Shown: piece by piece, positions 7,201 to 10,753 of the stretch
Layout: each line of letters begins with the position of its first letter
How positions within the stretch are numbered: the stretch's first letter is position 1
Source: Candidatus Iainarchaeum sp.
Lineage (GTDB): Archaea > Iainarchaeota > Iainarchaeia > Iainarchaeales > DTGL01
Direction of reading: 5' to 3'
NCBI GenBank assembly: GCA_038736825.1
Contig: JAVYME010000012.1
Coordinates: 16,846 to 27,598 of the forward strand
Length of the DNA: 10,753 nucleotides
Made by a program: the position numbers and the translations under genes
The notes under the pieces: model-generated
Database searches by the model: none
Told to the model about the DNA's origin: nothing
The model's input: the letters and a program-made list of their open reading frames with translations, nothing else

Positions 7201-7294
7201 TGCCTATCTTTTTGCTGGCAGCAAAAAACAATACTTTGAATTCGAAGAAGAAATTCCAGAAAAACCCAGGCCCAAAAAATGGAGTTACAAGTGA
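4208..7294 (+). CDS. Large modular cell-surface protein with signal peptide, Ig-like and FN3-like beta modules, helical stalk, uncharacterised C-terminal module, Thr-rich linker and C-terminal TM anchor (adhesin / S-layer-like)
   Basis: ORF open from GTG 4178 (1,038 aa); TTG 4208 is preferred because of the SD. Signal peptide ends ...SFA|LP. Two modules end in a D-N-A-G-N motif (nt 4832-4846 and 6305-6319). Two FN3-like modules carry the pattern P..P...L.W....Y.(I/V)YR....YY..V.....G.ES. TM helix LLPVIGIILIIAIILFFAYLFAG (about nt 7145-7219) is followed by a charged 24-aa tail. By hand count there are 17 N-x-S/T sequons and 18 Cys after the signal peptide. Confidence 0.9.
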   Translation: MNKSFSLFAFLLLISNLSFALPAIIDFSLNSGAQYSNSVTLSAAITPDWADCNSIAQKWMSFNCVDQNLEWISFSATHSLNLSTIIACNASSDEQKTVYAWIACGETDSLNQSPSKTATITLDKTPPFIKINNNGLSQTSQEISFDLNDNLSGINLALVNVKINNQASTSFNPTIHCIDSASNKNYSCQYIESFLQYDDNYLVEITSTDNAGNQAVQSASFEYLDNTPPNPPTTVSCSSGTGLIQLSWQKNSEPDTQKYNIYRSTTLPTPKNDANRVLSLSHSLCTGSSCSASDSNNLIAGTSYYCAVSVVDKSGDESTLMPASTGCSSQAAIPSAPSLSWAGHSSDSWTSDNSLTISWPEVENATGYSCTWETSSSIEPDNTIDGDYCQNRSLQRSGLSNGTYYLKVRACNSSGCSGISTFIARIDSTVPSIPRNLSASVQSNGDIELDWDEPSTIGSSGISEYRVYRHTNSFSVDSDKRIARISNTYYTDSSSTVRNNKGTRYYYLVTAVSNAGLESNAASISARFGSEEPSISILLPEYAKEETLQIEISSSNAKMEGCILQVKPANSTSFKTIGSIIDNTYKAVRSYTFTSAEAGKAEFSLTCDNLESTITRFVKVDTVAPSLDWISPLAGTTVNGTIDLIIESSDSGYGVKEVSFYQNNSLIGTSEKPFEGKKYKIAWNAKDSNEDILLKAVAKDNAGNTTEKEIKVKTSATEKKAQDAISAAENAKTEAQKTLAQFTSKGIAVPESLALLKREADSLLVSAKSLLGQKDYENAEKNALSAKEKYNKIVSNYSITELHSEETSCSTAQQFLEIIASDSLSREATANLAGANPSRKTTVFKTTENGIEKFVIAIKITLTNKTSDTTIQIVEAIPKTLAKSDNEISSLLPFEVLSADPIIKFKVNAQPESTTTITYFLKTPITLAELQDLNASGALKPWQNPPMPFKESTVVESTAFKPQTTTGTTTESTGFFALGSDLLPVIGIILIIAIILFFAYLFAGSKKQYFEFEEEIPEKPRPKKWSYK

Positions 7295-7305
7295 AAAAAA
7301 TCCAA

Positions 7306-7321
7306 TTTTTTTATTTTTTTT
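7306..7321 (+). terminator. Oligo-T archaeal-type terminator after the surface-protein gene
   Basis: T7-A-T8 starts 12 nt after stop TGA 7292-7294. It is preceded by A7-TCCAA, which can pair with the first T run. Confidence 0.5.
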
Positions 7322-7370
7322 AAGTTAAAAATCGCTTTTACCCCAATTCTCGGCTTAATACAGTTCCCTT

Positions 7371-7380
7371 TTTATTAAAT
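7371..7380 (+). promoter_or_regulatory. Candidate TATA-like box TTTATTAAAT for the reductase gene
   Basis: Sits about 40 nt upstream of ATG 7418. That would give a short leader carrying GGGG (7408-7411) 6 nt before the ATG. Confidence 0.3.
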
Positions 7381-7417
7381 TCCCCTATTCTTTCAATTTG
7401 GGTTTTTGGGGAACAAA

Positions 7418-8554
7418 ATGGATGCAGTTGTAATATCAGGCGCAGGCCCAACAGGGCTAATGACCGCCATAAGGCTTGCCGAGCTAGGCTTTGAACCAAT
7501 AGTTTTGGAAGAAGACAAACAGGCAGGCATTCCAGAAAACTGCACTGGACTGATTTCAAGCACTGGAGCAACAGAACTCAACCTAGACTTGAAAAAAAGC
7601 CTTGTGAACACAATAAAAGGCGCAGACATAATTGCACCAGACGGCACAACCCTGGCAATAAGAAAAAAATCAGATGTTGCGCTTGTTTTGGACAGAAAAG
7701 AGTTTGACAAAACGCTTTGCGAAAAAGCCATTTCACTGGGCGCAAAAATTGAATTCAATTCAAAAATAATAGATTTAAGGCAAAACACTCTTTTCTTTCA
7801 AAAAAAAGAACGCGGGGAAATAAAAAAAATAAAGGTTTTGGTTGGAGCAGACGGTCCGCTTTCACTTGTAAGAAAGCTTGCCGGCATAAGCGCTCCACCA
7901 GACTCCTTTGTTTACACCTACCAAGAACGCGTTGAAGGCGATTTTGATTCAAAAAAAGTGAAAATGTTTTTTGGCTCTTTTGCGCCAGGCTTTTTTGCAT
8001 GGATTGTGCCAGAAAGCGAAAAAATTGCAAGAATCGGCCTTGGAGTGTCACACGGGCACAATCCTGCTGAAAAATTTTCAGAATTCAAGCAAAAAACCGG
8101 CTTGGAGTTTGAAACCCTTGAAAAAAAAGGCTATTTGATTCCAATAGGCCCGCCGCTTAAAAGCGTTGCAGAAAAAAACATTTTGCTTGTCGGCGATGCT
8201 GCCTTTCAAACCAAGGCAAGCACTGGAGGCGGCATAATCACTGGAATGCTTTCTGCCCTCAAATGCGCTGAAGCCATTGCAGACCACTTAAAATACGGAA
8301 AACCCTTGAACAACTATAACAGCTTGTTGTCAGAAATCAACAAGGACTTGAAATCGCACTGGAAAATGCGTTCCTTCCTGAACAAGCAAAGCGATGAAAA
8401 ACTCAACAAATTGTTCGCTAAAGCCAAAACCTCTGGCTTGGAGGAATTCTTGGAAGAATACGGTGACATGGATCGCCCAAGCCGCTTTTTGGGAAAAATG
8501 CTGTCAAAGCCAAGGTTGTGGGGCTTGGCAGGACTGGCAATAAGGTTTAGGTGA
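7418..8554 (+). CDS. Geranylgeranyl reductase family FAD-dependent oxidoreductase (digeranylgeranylglycerophospholipid or polyprenol/dolichol reductase)
   Basis: 378 aa from ATG 7418; the track ORF starts at TTG 7406. N-terminal dinucleotide fold VVISGAGPTGLMTAIRLAELGFEPIVLEE, GADGPLSLVRK, FFAWIVPE and LVGDAAFQTKASTGGGI are GGR-family hallmarks. Confidence 0.9.
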   Translation: MDAVVISGAGPTGLMTAIRLAELGFEPIVLEEDKQAGIPENCTGLISSTGATELNLDLKKSLVNTIKGADIIAPDGTTLAIRKKSDVALVLDRKEFDKTLCEKAISLGAKIEFNSKIIDLRQNTLFFQKKERGEIKKIKVLVGADGPLSLVRKLAGISAPPDSFVYTYQERVEGDFDSKKVKMFFGSFAPGFFAWIVPESEKIARIGLGVSHGHNPAEKFSEFKQKTGLEFETLEKKGYLIPIGPPLKSVAEKNILLVGDAAFQTKASTGGGIITGMLSALKCAEAIADHLKYGKPLNNYNSLLSEINKDLKSHWKMRSFLNKQSDEKLNKLFAKAKTSGLEEFLEEYGDMDRPSRFLGKMLSKPRLWGLAGLAIRFR

Positions 8555-8598
8555 AGTTTTGGCTTTTTATGGATGCCAGTATTAGGCTCACTAATAAA

Positions 8599-8616
8599 GC
8601 CAATAATATTATTGGC
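8599..8616. repeat. Perfect 18-bp palindrome GCCAATAATATTATTGGC in the convergent reductase/tRNA spacer
   Basis: Read directly. Flanked by two further short hairpins: TATTAG-gctca-CTAATA (8580-8596) and CATTGA-ttgctttc-TCAATG (8631-8650). Confidence 0.9.
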
Positions 8617-8710
8617 ATTAATCTGGCTTTCATTGATTGCTTTCTCAATGGTGTTTTTTCACTGTTAAGTTTTGCTTTTACCGGCAATTTTTTTTACAAT
8701 TTTTTAAAAG

Positions 8711-8803
8711 TAGCCCCGGAGAGATTCGAACTCCCGTCGCAAGGTCGCTCCATTTTTTTTAAAATCCAGAGCCTCGCATGCTTGGCCGCTACACCACGGG
8801 GCT
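8711..8803 (-). tRNA. tRNA-Gln(CUG) interrupted by a 20-nt intron at the canonical 37/38 position; no encoded CCA
   Basis: Hand fold of the minus strand. Acceptor AGCCCCG/CGGGGCT with discriminator A. D arm GTGT-AGCGGCCAA-GCAT. Anticodon stem CGAGG/CCTTG, loop CUCUGG|intron|A, anticodon CTG at 8769-8767. 4-nt variable loop CGAC. T arm GGGAG-TTCGAAT-CTCTC. Exons total 73 nt. The A1-U72 first pair is the archaeal tRNA-Gln hallmark. Confidence 0.85.
8746..8765 (-). other. tRNA intron (ATTTTAAAAAAAATGGAGCG) forming a near-canonical bulge-helix-bulge motif
   Basis: Intron GGAG pairs with loop nt 32-35 (CUCU) to give the 4-bp central helix. The 3' bulge is C-G-A38. The 5' bulge is G36-G37(-A). UUUU/AAAA forms the inner helix. 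Exact junctions are inferred from the fold. Confidence 0.7.
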
Positions 8804-8837
8804 GAATTGTCTTACTAAAAAAATAGTCAAGGGCAAT

Positions 8838-8855
8838 GGTTTTAAAACAATCCTT
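8838..8855 (-). promoter_or_regulatory. Candidate tRNA promoter AAGGATTGTTTTAAAACC
   Basis: Minus-strand motif begins 3 nt after the uppS stop and lies 35-52 nt upstream of tRNA position 1. It shares AAGGATT...AAAAC(C) with the elements at 3549-3560 and 4106-4119. Confidence 0.3.
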
Positions 8856-8858
8856 GAA

Positions 8859-9551
8859 TTACTTTCCAAAATTTTTTTTTCGCTTGCTGTAATCTTTTAA
8901 TGCTCTTGCAAGGTCTCTTTTTTCAAACTCTGGCCAGTATTTTTTGCAAAAATATAGTTCTGAATAAGTGCTCTGGTATGGCAGAAACCCTGACAGTCTT
9001 TGCTCGCCGGAAGTTCTGATAATGAGCTCTGGTTCTTTTGAAAGGTAAAGGTATTGTTTGAAGGATTGCTCGTCCAATTCCTTTAAGTTGATTTTGCCTT
9101 CACAGTAATCCAGTGCCAGTTGCCTTGCAGCATCCACTATTTCGGCTTGCCCGTCATAGCCGAGCGCTAAATAAATTGTTTTTTTTGAAAAACTTGCTGT
9201 TGCATTTTCGGCTTCTGTGATTTTTTGCCTTATTTTTTCAGGCAGTTCGTTGAGCCTTCCAATGAATTTGAGCCTGATGCTGTTTTTTTCAAAAAAACTT
9301 GACTCTGTGACTTTTTTGAGCTCGTTTTCAAAAATTTCAAACAAAAGGGAAACTTCTTGCTTTTTTCTTGAAAGGTTTTTCAGTGAAAGAGTGTAAAAAA
9401 CCCCGCTTTTTATTGAAGGGTATTCTTTTAGCCATTCTATTGTCTTCCAGGCTTTTTCTGTTCCAATGGAATAGGCTTCAATTATGGAAACACCGCGCTC
9501 TTTTGCAAAACGCCTGTTTCCGTCTGGAATAAAGCCAATAGAGGAAAGCAT
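8859..9551 (-). CDS. uppS: Cis-prenyltransferase (undecaprenyl / polyprenyl diphosphate synthase, UppS family)
   Basis: IGFIPDGNRRFAKERG catalytic motif and IRTSGEQRLSGFLPYQSTYSELYF C-terminal signature. 230 aa from ATG 9551, which lies 8 nt after GAGG (9563-9560). The track ORF begins at TTG 9581. Confidence 0.9.
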   Translation of the reverse strand: MLSSIGFIPDGNRRFAKERGVSIIEAYSIGTEKAWKTIEWLKEYPSIKSGVFYTLSLKNLSRKKQEVSLLFEIFENELKKVTESSFFEKNSIRLKFIGRLNELPEKIRQKITEAENATASFSKKTIYLALGYDGQAEIVDAARQLALDYCEGKINLKELDEQSFKQYLYLSKEPELIIRTSGEQRLSGFLPYQSTYSELYFCKKYWPEFEKRDLARALKDYSKRKKNFGK

Positions 9552-9659
9552 TTTTTTTGCCTCGCAAAAACAAAGAAACAATTAATTTATGCTGAAAAGA
9601 CTTTAAATACTAACCAATTTTTTTGTTTTTTTCAATGCCTTGGTACAAAAATAAAAAAA

Positions 9660-9683
9660 CTGTTTTTGTATTCAAAAAAACAG
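9660..9683. repeat. 8-bp inverted repeat CTGTTTTT-gtattcaa-AAAAACAG in the 199-bp divergent uppS/secreted-protein spacer
   Basis: Read directly. An alternative pairing is ACAAAAA (9643-9649) with TTTTTGT (9663-9669). The sequence is low-complexity A/T, so significance is uncertain. Confidence 0.5.
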
Positions 9684-9750
9684 CCAAAAGCGAGAGCGAA
9701 AGGGTTATTAATTTTAGAATAGTAAATAAAAGTGTCAAAACTTTAAGGGG

Positions 9751-10753
9751 ATGGGATTTGTGGGCTGGTTTGAAAAAGTTTCCATTTTGTTTTTTGTTAC
9801 AGTGGCTTTTTCCTTTTTGGCGTTTGCACAGGAAACAAGCAATTCCAACACTGAACAAATAAACGCAGTGATTGTGGATATCGGGGTTGGAGGCACCAAT
9901 GTGGAAGCCACTGGCGTGGACTGCTTTGATTATTACAATTTTGGCAGTGTTGAATTCGTTTTCTTTCACGCAGACAAGCACCGCTATGCCCCAGAAGAAA
10001 CAGTAGAGTTCTTGACAACAATAAAAAACAACAATCCCTATCCCTTGGTTGAAGGCAGTGTTTTTGCACAAGTTTACTGGCTGAACACAGAAAGCGGTGG
10101 AACTCAAGGCGACAACTTGATAGATGAATTCTGGCTTTTGGAGGATTTAACGCTTGATGCAAACCAAGAATACCCGCTCGCTTTCTCTTGGAAAATCCCA
10201 AAAAAAGCCCCCAATGGATACTATTATGTTGCACTCTTCTATCAGGTTAAAAAATCCTTTAACATGAGCGGTTTGCCGTTCATAAGCAATGTTTACGGTG
10301 GCTCCACTGGTTTTACTGTCGAAAAAGGCCTTGAAAAAGCCTTGTTTTATTTTGACAGAAACACTGTGAGATTGCAAGATGCACAGCAAATGCTCAGGAA
10401 TTTCTCTCAATCATTTCCTGAAGGCAAAACCATTGAATACAAGGTTGCACTTAAAAACCCAAACAACGAGGGAACAGGCGCCCTAGTTGAATACGAATTG
10501 TACGAATGGGATTCCTCTATAAAGGAGAACCTGCTTTCAGCTTACAGCAAAAAAGAAGTTTTAATGCTGGAAGCAAATTCATCCAAGGATGCTTCAATTT
10601 CTTTTTCTGGCTTAAAGCCAGCCGCATACCTTTTGAAAATCAAAGCGCAAGCCAACACTTGGACTTCAATAATAAACTTGAGGTTTTCAATAGAGGGAAG
10701 CAAGGGAAGATTCATTTTTTCAGGAATAGACAGGTTTCCAGTCAAAAAAGGCG
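9751..10753 (+). CDS. Secreted protein with tandem beta-sandwich (CARDB/adhesin-like) modules, 3'-partial; runs off the window and is not in the supplied ORF track
   Basis: Hand translation from ATG 9751 gives 334 codons with no stop up to the window edge. N-terminal signal peptide MGFVGWFEKVSILFFVTVAFSFLAFA|QETS. It is preceded by in-frame TAA 9727-9729 and AAGGGG. Two similar segments have alternating beta-strand-like periodicity (...ETVEFLTTIKNNNPYPLVEGSVFAQVYW... and ...KTIEYKVALKNPNNEGTGALVEYELYEW...). GTG 9760 is an alternative start. Confidence 0.8.
   Translation, partial: MGFVGWFEKVSILFFVTVAFSFLAFAQETSNSNTEQINAVIVDIGVGGTNVEATGVDCFDYYNFGSVEFVFFHADKHRYAPEETVEFLTTIKNNNPYPLVEGSVFAQVYWLNTESGGTQGDNLIDEFWLLEDLTLDANQEYPLAFSWKIPKKAPNGYYYVALFYQVKKSFNMSGLPFISNVYGGSTGFTVEKGLEKALFYFDRNTVRLQDAQQMLRNFSQSFPEGKTIEYKVALKNPNNEGTGALVEYELYEWDSSIKENLLSAYSKKEVLMLEANSSKDASISFSGLKPAAYLLKIKAQANTWTSIINLRFSIEGSKGRFIFSGIDRFPVKKG

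Noticed and set aside
7058-7294. C-terminal Thr-rich linker plus TM helix as a PGF-CTERM / archaeosortase sorting signal
   Set aside because: There is no PGF-type motif before the helix, and the helix is followed by a long 24-aa charged tail rather than the few basic residues typical of sortase-type signals. A plain type I membrane anchor is the simpler reading.
8551-8805. 84-aa + strand ORF starting at GTG 8551
   Set aside because: Its C-terminal third is simply the antisense of the tRNA gene (8711-8803), and its start overlaps the reductase stop. The region is better explained as structured non-coding spacer plus tRNA.
8872-8880. Long A/T homopolymers inside coding regions (for example A9 on the coding strand near the uppS 3' end and A8 runs in the reductase gene around 7800-7830), considered as frameshift or phase-variation sites or pseudogene scars
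   Set aside because: Every gene reads through in a single frame with its family motifs intact on both sides of the runs, mostly encoding Lys/Phe. This is consistent with AT bias rather than slippage-dependent expression.
9610-10745. Minus-strand ORFs 9610-10107, 9797-10234, 10147-10410 and 10542-10745, and + ORF 9623-9862
   Set aside because: They are shadows of the unlisted + strand secreted-protein ORF (9751 to the window end), which is longer, uninterrupted and has a signal peptide. The 9623-9862 ORF is out of frame and crosses the A/T-rich spacer.
1-10753. Scan for CRISPR repeats, transposase/integrase genes, toxin-antitoxin pairs, restriction-modification or other defence genes, rRNA, and C/D-box sRNAs (RUGAUGA...CUGA) in the spacers
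   Set aside because: No regularly spaced direct repeats were found, no ORF carries the relevant motifs, and no C/D box pair occurs in any intergenic region on either strand.

Overview
AT-rich, tightly packed 10.75-kb segment that reads as archaeal chromosome, most likely from a small-genome DPANN-type lineage. That placement is inference from an intron-containing tRNA with a bulge-helix-bulge fold, an A1-U72 tRNA-Gln acceptor end, a geranylgeranyl-reductase-family flavoprotein, Shine-Dalgarno-led GTG/TTG starts, salvage-type metabolism and large secreted adhesin-like proteins. Left to right: (1) a sugar-1-phosphate nucleotidyltransferase and a long-form HPRT, translationally coupled on the + strand. 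(2) Converging on them, a minus-strand string of small polytopic membrane protein, MTA/MTI-type nucleoside phosphorylase and MtaD-type deaminase. (3) A roughly 1,030-aa modular surface protein that is rich in Cys and N-glycosylation sequons and anchored by a C-terminal TM helix. (4) A geranylgeranyl reductase homologue. (5) An intron-bearing tRNA-Gln(CUG). (6) A cis-prenyltransferase (UppS). (7) A second secreted protein whose ORF runs off the right edge and is therefore absent from the supplied ORF track. I see no CRISPR array, transposase/integrase, toxin-antitoxin pair or recognisable defence gene, so I do not claim a new system. The points most worth follow-up are the adenine-nucleoside to IMP salvage module, whose phosphorylase looks 6-oxopurine-type; the giant surface protein and its uncharacterised C-terminal half; a possible dolichol-carrier/glycoprotein neighbourhood; the unlisted secreted ORF; and a few non-coding palindromes and recurring promoter-like motifs. 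All family calls are by-eye motif recognition and no searches were run.
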